64,000 nt of DNA, from NCBI GenBank assembly GCA_964610465.1, contig CAZSWA010000005.1:8456-72455 (forward strand). Direction: 5' to 3'. The translations under genes and the position numbers were made by a program. Shown in pieces: positions 46,440 to 58,235 of this stretch. Below the pieces are notes generated by a model, which was not told the DNA's origin, did no database searches, and saw only the letters and a list, made by a program, of their open reading frames with translations. Source of the DNA: an uncultured Gammaproteobacteria bacterium. Lineage in GTDB: Bacteria > Patescibacteriota > Microgenomatia > Levybacterales > UBA12049. The number at the start of each line of letters is the position of its first letter. The stretch's first letter is position 1.

Positions 46440-48176
46440 ATGAATAGGCTTGAATTAATACGAAATTTTGCAATTATTGCCCATATCGATCATGGCAAAT
46501 CAACTTTGTCTGACAGGTTCCTGGAGATTACCAATACAATTCCAAAAGATAAATTACAGGAGCAATTTCTTGATCAAAATATTATCAGTAGAAAACGGGG
46601 AATTACCATAAAGCTCGCACCGGTACGCATGAATTATATTTTTGATGGTCAGACCTATACGCTTAATCTTATCGATACGCCAGGTCATGTTGATTTTTCT
46701 TATGAAGTATCACGGACTCTGGCAGCATGCGAAGGAGTTGTGTTATTGGTAGATGCAACGCAAGGAATTCAGGCGCAAACTGTCGCACATTACTTTGCCG
46801 CCAAAAAAGAAAACCTTGTGATGATACCAGTTATCAATAAAATTGATTTACCAAATGCTCAAACTCAGGCTGTGATAAAAGAGTTGCATGATGTGTTTGG
46901 ATTTGAAGAGGAAGAAATTCTTCTTATCTCTGCCAAAACAGGTGAAAATGCTGAAAAATTATTACAAACTATTATCCATAAAATTCCAGCTCCCAAAGGC
47001 TCAAGTGATGCGCCGTTGCGCGCACTTATTTTTGATGCTGTTTATGATGAGTATAGAGGAGTTATTGCCTATATACGGGTAATTGACGGAGAGGTAAAAA
47101 CGGGAGATAAGATTGAATTTTATCAAAATAACATTGGAGCAGATGTTACAGAAGTAGGTTTTTTTACTCCTTTTTTGAAAAAGTCAGATAGGCTTGCAAC
47201 AGGGGAAATAGGATATATAGTAGCAGGTATAAAAGATATTCGGCAAACAAGAGTAGGAGATACACTTATGCTGCAAAATCATCCTACACAACCTCTGCCA
47301 GGCTACACGACTCCTAAGCCAATGGTTTTTTTTGGTATGTACCCAAAGTCAGCAGATGATTATGTGAGTCTTAAAGAATCTCTTGGGAAACTTACGCTCA
47401 ATGATACCTCGCTTGCTTACACAGATGAGTATTCTGCGTATCTGGGAAGCGGCTTTCGGGTCGGATTCTTGGGATTGCTACATGCTGAGATTATAAAAGA
47501 ACGGCTCAAACAGGAGTTTGGATTGGATTTACTTTTGACTATGCCACAAGTACTCTATGAGAGGAAAGACGGTGAGAGAATATTTGAACCATATATGATG
47601 TTGCATATTTATACCCCAAAGGAGTATGTAGGAGGTATTATGACAGTTTGTCAAAAAAGAAAAGGAATGCTTATTGATATGGCTTATCATGATACCTATG
47701 CAGTACTTTCATATGAAATTCCTTACACAATGTTTATTAGAGGACTCGCTGCAGAACTAAAATCCATATCAGCCGGATTTGCCAGTATTGATTATGAACT
47801 TACGGACTATAAAGAAGCAGATCTGGTTTCTCTTGAAATTCGTATCAATGACAATCCAATTGATGTATTATCTGAACTTGTGTATAGGGATGAAGCAGCA
47901 TATATTGCCCGTATAAAAGCGACCAAATTAAAAGAAGTATTGCCGCGGCAACAGGTACGTCAGATTATTCAAGCATTGGTGAATAATACTATTGTTGCTA
48001 GAGAAGAAATTCCGCCATTTCGAAAAGACGTATTAGCCAAAATGAGCGGAGGAGATAGAACACGGAAAGATAAGCTACTTGAAAAACAGAAAAAAGGCAA
48101 AGCCAAAATGCAATCAACTGCAAAAGTATCATTACCGCAAGAGGCACTGTTTTCTTTGATTAGTGATTCTAAGTAA
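46440..48176 (+). CDS. lepA: Elongation factor 4 (LepA)
   Basis: N-terminus IRNFAIIAHIDHGKSTLSDRFLE, DTPGHVDFSYEVSR and a LepA-specific C-terminal domain. Confidence 0.9.
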   Translation: MNRLELIRNFAIIAHIDHGKSTLSDRFLEITNTIPKDKLQEQFLDQNIISRKRGITIKLAPVRMNYIFDGQTYTLNLIDTPGHVDFSYEVSRTLAACEGVVLLVDATQGIQAQTVAHYFAAKKENLVMIPVINKIDLPNAQTQAVIKELHDVFGFEEEEILLISAKTGENAEKLLQTIIHKIPAPKGSSDAPLRALIFDAVYDEYRGVIAYIRVIDGEVKTGDKIEFYQNNIGADVTEVGFFTPFLKKSDRLATGEIGYIVAGIKDIRQTRVGDTLMLQNHPTQPLPGYTTPKPMVFFGMYPKSADDYVSLKESLGKLTLNDTSLAYTDEYSAYLGSGFRVGFLGLLHAEIIKERLKQEFGLDLLLTMPQVLYERKDGERIFEPYMMLHIYTPKEYVGGIMTVCQKRKGMLIDMAYHDTYAVLSYEIPYTMFIRGLAAELKSISAGFASIDYELTDYKEADLVSLEIRINDNPIDVLSELVYRDEAAYIARIKATKLKEVLPRQQVRQIIQALVNNTIVAREEIPPFRKDVLAKMSGGDRTRKDKLLEKQKKGKAKMQSTAKVSLPQEALFSLISDSK

Positions 48177-48323
48177 TAATCTATTTCTTCTGTGAAAGCA
48201 TTAAAGAGTGCAAAACATAAAATACAATGTGCAAAAAACAACTAAAAAATTTAAAGCAAATTTCATTAAATTCAAACTTTTTGTTTTAAATTTTAAACTG
48301 TAGTTTTTCGCTTTACGCTTATT

Positions 48324-49535
48324 TTAGAAGATAAAGAAGAGTAATCCTCCGCCCAAGATAAGAATTGCTGCAAGTGTTCCAGCTCCCAGTGCTACGTCAG
48401 ATGAACCAGTCGGTGCTAAAGTTGGGGAGGGATTAATATTTCCTGAACTACTGCCAGTGTTGCTTCCATTATTGTTACCTCCTGCAATAATAGTAGGTTG
48501 TGGACCTCCTGATGCGGGAGTTGGTGTGTTAGTTGAAGTGACTGTTACTGTTTGTTTACATGACGTAGAATTACTAAGATTGCCCGCGTTATCTGTTAGC
48601 ACAGCAGATACTTGATAGGTACCTCCATTTTGATAGGTATGAGCAGCTTGTGCATTTACTGAGTTGGATCCAACTCCGCCTGAATCAGTTACATCTACTG
48701 TTTGACCGTCACCGAAGTTAAATGTCACTTTATTAATAACACCTGTCGTACTTGTTCCATTTGCAGTTGTGGTAATTGAGAAAGGTGCAGGTCCTGAAGT
48801 AGAAGGATTGATTGCAAGATTACTACAAACAGGAGGCGTGCCGGTACCCCCGCCACCAGTTGGTACAGGAGTTGAAGTTGGAAAATTTTGTGTAGGAATT
48901 GGAATTGGTGTACTGGTAGGAGTCGGTACGCCTCCTGATGGAGTTGGCGTTGAGAAATTATCTGTAATTAAGATATACGCAGGATTTGCAGTTGAAAGTA
49001 CATTCTCACTGAACGTATCAGATGAACCAATAGAGAGCACTTCAGTATTTGGACTCGGGCCGAAAGTTACTTGTGAAGGAGTATCTGCAGGAGTTGCTGC
49101 AAGAGCTATAAGCGTTAATGTTCCTGCTTTGGCTATTTGTTGAATAGCCTTTGTTGGGTCTGAGCCAACAGAAAGCGTTAAATCAATTTTTCCTTGAGAA
49201 TAAAATGGTCCAGAAACTGTCGGAAAGACAGCGGTATTGGCTACAAAGCCATTGGCACTTGCAGTTGCAAATTTATCAGAATTATAATTAATTTCCAATT
49301 TTACAAATGAAACTAAATTTTGTCCTGGATTTATCATAATATCCAGAGGAATAACATCTGATACCTTATGTTGCAATGGATTTGTTTGACTAGAGTCAGG
49401 GGTAATTGAAATTGTCGTTGATTTTTGGGCTCGGCTTCGTATCTCTTGCTGTTGCTGCAGAAAATAAAGAGTGATAGGTATACCTACCAGAAGCACCAGG
49501 ATAAATCCAAACAAAAATAATCTTTTAATACTCAT
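48324..49535 (-). CDS. Cell-surface protein with an N-terminal signal/TM, a PKD domain, P/T-rich linkers and a C-terminal LAPTG motif followed by a hydrophobic segment. Candidate sortase substrate (LAxTG type).
   Basis: PKD hallmarks FNFGDGQTVDV ... HTYQNGGTYQVSAVLTDNAGN. C-terminus ...PTLAPTGSSDVALGAGTLAAILILGGGLLFFIF. LAPTG is encoded at 48405-48419. Confidence 0.7.
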   Translation of the reverse strand: MSIKRLFLFGFILVLLVGIPITLYFLQQQQEIRSRAQKSTTISITPDSSQTNPLQHKVSDVIPLDIMINPGQNLVSFVKLEINYNSDKFATASANGFVANTAVFPTVSGPFYSQGKIDLTLSVGSDPTKAIQQIAKAGTLTLIALAATPADTPSQVTFGPSPNTEVLSIGSSDTFSENVLSTANPAYILITDNFSTPTPSGGVPTPTSTPIPIPTQNFPTSTPVPTGGGGTGTPPVCSNLAINPSTSGPAPFSITTTANGTSTTGVINKVTFNFGDGQTVDVTDSGGVGSNSVNAQAAHTYQNGGTYQVSAVLTDNAGNLSNSTSCKQTVTVTSTNTPTPASGGPQPTIIAGGNNNGSNTGSSSGNINPSPTLAPTGSSDVALGAGTLAAILILGGGLLFFIF

Positions 49536-49697
49536 ATAATTTGGTACTCTTTTTTATCGTATAGAAGAAAAATAGATGTGTCAAGCCTTATTGCAGATGT
49601 TCACCCTTCTTAGACACAAAATGATAGATGTAAGATAGAGTAAAGGAGATAAAAATTTTGCCAATTTAGAATAAAAGAAGAGTTTAACTATAGGTTA

Positions 49698-49727
49698 TTG
49701 ACAAGACTAACATACTTGTTGTATAAA
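49698..49727 (+). promoter_or_regulatory. Sigma70-like promoter candidate TTGACA-N18-TATAAA upstream of groES. No CIRCE element was recognised.
   Basis: TTGACA at 49698-49703 and TATAAA at 49722-49727. Confidence 0.35.
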
Positions 49728-49775
49728 TTAGCAGAAGAAACATGTAAGTGATTACTTAACAATAAATATATTGCT

Positions 49776-51747
<1,972 letters not shown>

Positions 51748-51874
51748 AATTAGTTCTAAGTTCTTAGTTAAAAGCTCTAAGTTTATAATATTCGCTGAGA
51801 GGCGGTTTTTTTTGTGGAAACCATTCAAACAGAAAACTGAATAAGTTACGAAACATATTAGACAATTCATAATT

Positions 51875-52303
51875 ATGGAAAAGATACGTCAGGAATTGAG
51901 AGAACCTGTCAGGCAAGAAGATGGATTAGGATGCGCAGTTGCTTCTACAGCATTTGTGCTTGGAATTCCATATCAAGAAGCACTAAAACTTTTCAAAGAC
52001 GATGAAAGACGGGTAAAGGAAGAAGCTAACTTCTATTGTCCTGAGTTAGTGAGTATTTTAAATAGTCAAGGTTTACAGTATTCATGGAAAAAACTTGAAG
52101 AGAGTGATACCCAAATTATTAACAAAGACTTTACAATTATATTTATTGATACATCTCCTCAATACCCATTTGGTCACTTTTTGGCAAGATATAAAAATAA
52201 ATGGATGGACCCTTGGATAAATTTACCTGACTCAAAAATAGCAGCAGGATTTAGAGAAGAGCTACCTGGAAAACCTACTTATGCAGTATTCAAGAGTAAG
52301 TAA
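51875..52303 (+). CDS. Small hypothetical protein with a Cys...His arrangement suggestive of a papain-fold (C39-like) peptidase domain
   Basis: GLGCAVASTAFVLG (Cys in a Gly-rich context) and a downstream GHFLARY. Weak pattern-level evidence only. Confidence 0.3.
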   Translation: MEKIRQELREPVRQEDGLGCAVASTAFVLGIPYQEALKLFKDDERRVKEEANFYCPELVSILNSQGLQYSWKKLEESDTQIINKDFTIIFIDTSPQYPFGHFLARYKNKWMDPWINLPDSKIAAGFREELPGKPTYAVFKSK

Positions 52304-52325
52304 CCATTAAAGACAATGTGAATTG

Positions 52326-53993
52326 TTATGGATTGATTCTGTTGCCGTCGATAATTTCTCCACTCTTGGATAGAATTTCTCTCCAGTTTCCTAGTTTGCG
52401 AAGAACCAGAATATAGGTTTGGGCTTCTTTTACGTTGAAAAGCCAAGTGAGGAAAAGATAAAGTATAAGTCCGGCAAAGCTTGAAATGCCGGTCAGGAAA
52501 ATAAGATTGATGGTGCGGGTTGTATCAAATACTAATTTATCCAAAAGTTTAAGAGGAATATAAAGAGCAAAGGCAGTAAAGAAGGATGAAACAAAAAATT
52601 TCCCCCAGGATGAAAGAAGAGCAAGTTTATCAAATCCTCCAATTTTTTTGCCAAGTAAAATAACGAGTACTAAAAGCTGTATCATGCTCGCAAGAGAGTA
52701 AGCAATCGCAAGGCTTTCAATTCCCATATGAGAGAGGAGTATAAAAATATATGCTAAAATAAGCATGAGTATCGTTGAGATTATGCCAACGATAAAAGGA
52801 AGTTTCGTATCATGGAGCGCATAGAATGCGCGAAGAAGTAACGCTATAAGCGCCTGCGCAAAGATAGATACACTGAAAAACGCTAATGTCCTGCCGGTTA
52901 CTACTGTTGCAGCCCAGTCAAATTTTTCCGCTCCAAACACAAGACGAACTAGAGGAATACGTAAAACTAATATCAAGACAGATATTGGTAAGACAAGATA
53001 CAACATTTGATTGAAGCTATTGATAAAAGTAGTTTTGAATTCCTGAGGTTTGTCTTTCTCACGGGCAAGTACTGGAAATGCCGCTTGAGCTATCGTTTGT
53101 CCAAATAACGCAACAGGAGCAAATGCCAAAGTTTGGGCAAAATCAAATAACACATTCATACGTCCAGGTGATGGAAGAAAAGAAATAAATGAAGCGATGG
53201 CAATAGTTCCAAACTGGAATACTATTATAGAAAGCGTTCTTGGCCACATCAGTTTTCCGATTTTTTTCACACCAGGAGAGCTTATACTATCCATAGAAAA
53301 TTTCAAACGGAATCCTACTTTTGTTGCAAGCGGAATTTGAATAATTACAAAAATTAATGCACCAAGGATAGTTCCAATTGCTGCAGAATATATTCCAAGC
53401 ATTGATGAAAAAAGAAGTACCCCTAAAATAATGCCTGGATTATAAAGTGCTAAAGCGATCCCTGGTATAAAAAAGTGATTATATGATTGAAGAAGTGCGG
53501 TAAAGAAAGTTCCTACAATAAAAAGCATTTGGCCAATGATAATAATGCGCATAAGGTTCACCATCATGTTCATATCATGGTGTGAAAAGTTAGCGCCGAG
53601 ATTGAATATCTGAAGGAAGAACTGGGCAAAAATACAAAGGATAAGCGAGAGTGCCATAAATATGACAAGACCTACAAAAAGCAACGTTGATGCCATTTTA
53701 TGTGCTTCTTCTTCTTTTCCTTTGGCAAGATATTCTGAGAATACAGGAATAAAGGCAGAAGATAAGGCAGCCGCGATAGTCAGTTGAAATATGGCATCAG
53801 GAAGCCTGAATGCATAAAAGTAAATACCAAGCGTATTTGACGCACCAAAAATTCCAACAAGTAATCTTTGACGAACCAGGCCAAGCAGTTGGGAAAGGAT
53901 AACAGTCGCCATGATGACGAAAGCAGCTGAAAGGATATTCGTTTGCCGCTTCGTAATCAAATCAAGGCTTTTTTTTAAGAAGTCAGTAGGCAT
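52326..53993 (-). CDS. murJ: Lipid II flippase MurJ (MviN)
   Basis: ~555 aa polytopic membrane protein. The N-terminus (LSAAFVIMATVILSQLLGLVRQRLLVGIFGAS) matches the MurJ consensus. Confidence 0.8.
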   Translation of the reverse strand: MPTDFLKKSLDLITKRQTNILSAAFVIMATVILSQLLGLVRQRLLVGIFGASNTLGIYFYAFRLPDAIFQLTIAAALSSAFIPVFSEYLAKGKEEEAHKMASTLLFVGLVIFMALSLILCIFAQFFLQIFNLGANFSHHDMNMMVNLMRIIIIGQMLFIVGTFFTALLQSYNHFFIPGIALALYNPGIILGVLLFSSMLGIYSAAIGTILGALIFVIIQIPLATKVGFRLKFSMDSISSPGVKKIGKLMWPRTLSIIVFQFGTIAIASFISFLPSPGRMNVLFDFAQTLAFAPVALFGQTIAQAAFPVLAREKDKPQEFKTTFINSFNQMLYLVLPISVLILVLRIPLVRLVFGAEKFDWAATVVTGRTLAFFSVSIFAQALIALLLRAFYALHDTKLPFIVGIISTILMLILAYIFILLSHMGIESLAIAYSLASMIQLLVLVILLGKKIGGFDKLALLSSWGKFFVSSFFTAFALYIPLKLLDKLVFDTTRTINLIFLTGISSFAGLILYLFLTWLFNVKEAQTYILVLRKLGNWREILSKSGEIIDGNRINP

Positions 53994-54044
53994 GGGAAGT
54001 TCAGTAATATTGTTTTTTTAAGTATATCATGCTAAAATAACAGA

Positions 54045-54374
54045 ATGCCAGTACTAAAACACGCAAAAAAGAAACTACAACAAGACAAAGCAAGATTGGC
54101 TCGTAATGCAAAAGTAAAGGAGACCTTTAAAGAGCTCGTAAAGAGTGCAAAGGCAAATCCTTCAGCTGATGCTTTGAGTAAGGCATTTAGTGGTCTTGAT
54201 AAAGCAGTAAAAGAGAATGTAATTCATAAAAACAAAGCAGCAAGAATGAAATCATCTCTTTCAAGACTTGTTGCAGGTGCCGGCGTTGAGAAGCGTGAGA
54301 ACAAGACATCTGAGCATAAAACAACTGAAAAGAAAACCAGCAAGAAAGCTAAAACAACTTCTAAAAAGAGCTAA
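54045..54374 (+). CDS. rpsT: 30S ribosomal protein S20 with a Lys/Thr-rich C-terminal extension
   Basis: MPVLKHAKKKLQQDKARLARNAKVKETFKELVK is typical of S20. Confidence 0.85.
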   Translation: MPVLKHAKKKLQQDKARLARNAKVKETFKELVKSAKANPSADALSKAFSGLDKAVKENVIHKNKAARMKSSLSRLVAGAGVEKRENKTSEHKTTEKKTSKKAKTTSKKS

Positions 54375-54421
54375 ATTGACCACCTAAGTTAAAAGCGATA
54401 TAATCTCCTCAAGACTAATCT

Positions 54422-55669
54422 ATGATTGATATAAAAGCCCTAAGAGAGAACCCAAAAATAATAGAACATGCTGCAAAAATTAAAGGTGTGGATATCGATA
54501 TTCAACAAGTCTTAGAGGTAGACCGGAAGTATCAGGAACTTCAGCAAACAATACAAAAACTCCGAGAAGATAGAAACGCAGCAGCAAAAGAACGAGATAT
54601 TGAAAAAGGGAAAGAAATAAAAACACAACTGGACGAAGCAGAGCAGGAACTTCAAGAGATTACCGCACGAAGAAACTTACTTCTTCTTAATATTCCCAAT
54701 TTCCCAAAGCCGGATGTAAAAGTAGGCAAAGATGAATCAGAAAATGATGTCATACGAACCTACAAAACTCCAACCAAATTTGATTTTAATCCCAAAGATC
54801 ATTTAACACTTGGACAAGCCTTAGACATTATTGATGTTGAAAGAGCGACAAAAGTATCGGGAAGCCGTTTTGCATATCTTAAAAATGAAGGAGTGCTTTT
54901 GGAGTTTGCTCTTGTTGAATTTGCACTGCATACATTACTCAAGGAAGGATTTACTCCGATAGTGCCGCCAGTACTTATTAAAAAAGAAATTACAGAAGGG
55001 CTTGGGTATTGGCAAGCTGGGGGAAGTGAAGATTATTTCTGGGTCAACAGCGGTGAGAAAGATGAAGGATTTTATCTTATTGGTACTGCAGAACATGCAT
55101 TAGTTCCGATGTTGAAAGATGAAGTAGTAGATGCTTCCAAAATGCCGCTTCGTTTTGTCGGATTTTCAACTGCGTTTAGACGTGAAGCAGGTTCATATGG
55201 CAAGGATACCAAAGGAATTTTAAGAGTCCATCAATTCGATAAAGTCGAGATGGTTTCCTTTGTTGAGAAGGGAAAAGATGATAGTGAACATGAATTTTTG
55301 TTATCTCTTGAAGAAAAATTATTTAAAGCACTTGATATTCCATATCAGGTTATTAAAATGTGTACCGGTGATTTGGGTTTTCCGGCAGCCCGCAAGTACG
55401 ATATTGAAGCCTGGATGCCTGGACAGAACAAATACAGAGAAGTGACGTCTGTCTCAACAGTTACTGATTTCCAATCAAGAAGATTAAAAATTCGTTATAA
55501 GAAAGAAGGACAAACAGAATTTGTCTATATATTAAATGGCACTGCATTTGCCATAGGACGAACTATTATCGCAATTTTGGAAAACTATCAACAAAAAGAT
55601 GGATCAGTTGAAATTCCCAAAGTGCTGCAAAAATACATTGGCAAAAAAGTAATAAAACCAAAGAGCTGA
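54422..55669 (+). CDS. serS: Seryl-tRNA synthetase
   Basis: N-terminal coiled coil MIDIKALRENP. Class II motifs FRREAGSYGKDTKGILRVHQFDKVE and GTAFAIGRTIIAILENYQ. Confidence 0.9.
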   Translation: MIDIKALRENPKIIEHAAKIKGVDIDIQQVLEVDRKYQELQQTIQKLREDRNAAAKERDIEKGKEIKTQLDEAEQELQEITARRNLLLLNIPNFPKPDVKVGKDESENDVIRTYKTPTKFDFNPKDHLTLGQALDIIDVERATKVSGSRFAYLKNEGVLLEFALVEFALHTLLKEGFTPIVPPVLIKKEITEGLGYWQAGGSEDYFWVNSGEKDEGFYLIGTAEHALVPMLKDEVVDASKMPLRFVGFSTAFRREAGSYGKDTKGILRVHQFDKVEMVSFVEKGKDDSEHEFLLSLEEKLFKALDIPYQVIKMCTGDLGFPAARKYDIEAWMPGQNKYREVTSVSTVTDFQSRRLKIRYKKEGQTEFVYILNGTAFAIGRTIIAILENYQQKDGSVEIPKVLQKYIGKKVIKPKS

Positions 55670-55733
55670 TTTTCCACAAATATTTCAGATTTGCTGACTT
55701 GCAATTTTTCCCCCTTTATCTCATGATTAATTT

Positions 55734-58235
55734 ATGTCAGGGAAAAACGTTTTCTTAGCTTCCACGTTCTTTGTTTTCGTGCTATTTATTACAGTTTTTA
55801 TTCCTTATACAAAAAGTGTAACGCAAAAATATTTTTCCTTCGCGAGTAATGAGAATACTAACATTCCTATTACTATTACTCCAATCCCAACATTTACAAA
55901 ATTAAATCTAACGAATTTGAATGATATACAAATAAATGAAGACAGACTCAAGAAATATTTAACTGTTGAAGCAGTACTTTTAGGAGTAATAGAGCATATA
56001 AGTTTATATTTTCAGGATTTAAACCATGCTACAACAATTGCATTTGATCCAACACGTTCTTGGATTCCTGCAAGTACGATAAAATCTTACGTCGTTCTTG
56101 AAGCATTTCGCCAAAAACGAGTAGGAATGATTGATTTCAACAATATAATAACGATAAAAGCAGAAAATGTTGTCCCTACTGAACTTGAAACCGATGAATT
56201 TCCTCGTTTGCGTGAAGGTATGCAAGTTACTATCAAACAGCTTGTTGAAGCAATGATCATCCAAAGTGATAATACTGCTTATAATACCTTGCTAGATATT
56301 TTAGATAGAAGAAATATTAATGCAACTCTTCGTAATTTAGGAATAACAGAAACTGTAGTTGGAGAAAAACTCAATCTGGATGATTCGCAGTTCCAGCTAG
56401 ATCTTACAGTACCCGGACGGCAATCCAATACAACAACGGCAAAAGACTTAGCTTCTTTTTTTCATATCTTATATAGTCACGAAGTCCCTGATGCTGATGA
56501 GATTTTAGGAATTTTTAAGCAACAAAAGATTAATAGTATGATTCCCGCTCTTCTTCCTTTTCAAGTAGCTATCGCACATAAAACCGGAGATTGGGCACCT
56601 ATTTATCATGATGGGGGATTAGTATATAAACCTCAGGATCCATTTATACTTGTTATTTTTTCTAATAGTAATGATCCCTCAATTATAGCGAAGCTAGCAA
56701 AAGTTGCATACTATCAGAATGCCGATGCAGTTGGAAAAGATGTCTCATTTCAGACACCACAAAGGAATACAAAAAGTATCTCTTATCAGTATATTCTTGA
56801 TGATACATATAAAAAAGTTTTAGCGGCAAGTACTGTTGTCACTCACAATAGTATTTATACAATTCAACCTGGTGATAGTTTGTGGGATATCTCAAACAAA
56901 TTTTACAATACCGGAGATAGATGGGATGATATTGCAAAGCGTAATTATATTACCGACCCACTTAATCTTACTCCTGGCCAACGTCTTGTCATTCCTCTTC
57001 TTCAGAATATGACGCAAGTTCCTCAAACTCAAACATTTCCCGACATAACTGCTGCAGATTTAGGTATCACACAGGAAGATGTAAGTACGAGTAATCAAAA
57101 AGCAAATACCATAAGGAGTGCGCTCATTACCCCTAATTCACCGATTTACTGGTTAAAACGGAATTTTGAATCTATGCAATTACACAATGCAAAAACAGAT
57201 AGCGAAAAAATGAAGGTATATTTAGATTTTTCCAGAAATCGATTATCAGAAATAAAAAGAAATTTGCAGGAAAATAATATACAGAACTTAGATATACTCC
57301 TTAACGATTCAGAAGAAAGCCTTCGCCAAGCAGCATTACTTGTACAGAAAGGGAAAGTAAGTGACTTACAAGCATTGAATCTAAAACAGGTAGCTGATCT
57401 CCACTTCTCAGTATTTGCAAACATGCTTTCTCATATTAGTCTTTCCAATAAAGAGAAATATATCGATGAAATATATACCTTTTACTCAAAGGATAAAAAA
57501 GACATCATACCTGTAACAAATACTTCATCTCTTGCAAATCCTTTACAACAAAAACCAGTTATAGGTACAATTAAAGATATAAACGCAAATACTGTTACAT
57601 TACAATTTGATGATGGTACAAGTAAGGAGATGGTAGTTTCAACAGAAACTACTACACGTGATTTTACTAAGCCACGAAGTAATGAAGACCGAGAATTATA
57701 TATAGGACTACGAATAGCAGTCATTGGACAAAAAACAGATGATGCAAAACTATTTCCGCTTATGATTTTAAAAAACATCCCAAAAGAATTACCAGATGAG
57801 CATCAAGGAAAGGTAGTACAAATTGATAAAAGTACTAATAAAATAGAAATTGAAAATAACAATGGATATAAGGAAGATATAAAAATCAATAACAATACTA
57901 TTATTAAATCAAGCGATACAGGAGTTACACTTGATGGTATTAAAGCTGGTTCTCAAGTAACAGTTTTTGGCCAGTTACAGAATACTCAATCGATTAGTCC
58001 CACACAATCTTTATCAAAAGAAACTCAAACTCAAACAGTACCAATAATAAATGCAACTTCTATATCTGTTACTAATAATAGCTCAGGAGCACAAGAAAAA
58101 ACAGTAATTCCTTCCGTCTCTCCTCAACAAAATACCAACCAAGATTCTACCACACATGATGACAATAAAAAGTCAAATAATACGAATAAAAATACTCCAC
58201 CAAGCCAGGTTCAAGAGAAAGGAGAGAAAAAGTGA
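55734..58235 (+). CDS. Membrane-anchored serine hydrolase of the class-A beta-lactamase / DD-peptidase fold, fused to a LysM domain and a long Ser/Thr/Asn-rich C-terminal region. Probably a peptidoglycan DD-carboxypeptidase or endopeptidase.
   Basis: SxxK (PASTIKSYV), SDN (IIQSDNTAYN), KTG (AHKTGDW). LysM YTIQPGDSLWDISNKFYNTGDRWDDIAKRNYITDPLNLTPGQRLVIP. Confidence 0.7.
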   Translation: MSGKNVFLASTFFVFVLFITVFIPYTKSVTQKYFSFASNENTNIPITITPIPTFTKLNLTNLNDIQINEDRLKKYLTVEAVLLGVIEHISLYFQDLNHATTIAFDPTRSWIPASTIKSYVVLEAFRQKRVGMIDFNNIITIKAENVVPTELETDEFPRLREGMQVTIKQLVEAMIIQSDNTAYNTLLDILDRRNINATLRNLGITETVVGEKLNLDDSQFQLDLTVPGRQSNTTTAKDLASFFHILYSHEVPDADEILGIFKQQKINSMIPALLPFQVAIAHKTGDWAPIYHDGGLVYKPQDPFILVIFSNSNDPSIIAKLAKVAYYQNADAVGKDVSFQTPQRNTKSISYQYILDDTYKKVLAASTVVTHNSIYTIQPGDSLWDISNKFYNTGDRWDDIAKRNYITDPLNLTPGQRLVIPLLQNMTQVPQTQTFPDITAADLGITQEDVSTSNQKANTIRSALITPNSPIYWLKRNFESMQLHNAKTDSEKMKVYLDFSRNRLSEIKRNLQENNIQNLDILLNDSEESLRQAALLVQKGKVSDLQALNLKQVADLHFSVFANMLSHISLSNKEKYIDEIYTFYSKDKKDIIPVTNTSSLANPLQQKPVIGTIKDINANTVTLQFDDGTSKEMVVSTETTTRDFTKPRSNEDRELYIGLRIAVIGQKTDDAKLFPLMILKNIPKELPDEHQGKVVQIDKSTNKIEIENNNGYKEDIKINNNTIIKSSDTGVTLDGIKAGSQVTVFGQLQNTQSISPTQSLSKETQTQTVPIINATSISVTNNSSGAQEKTVIPSVSPQQNTNQDSTTHDDNKKSNNTNKNTPPSQVQEKGEKK

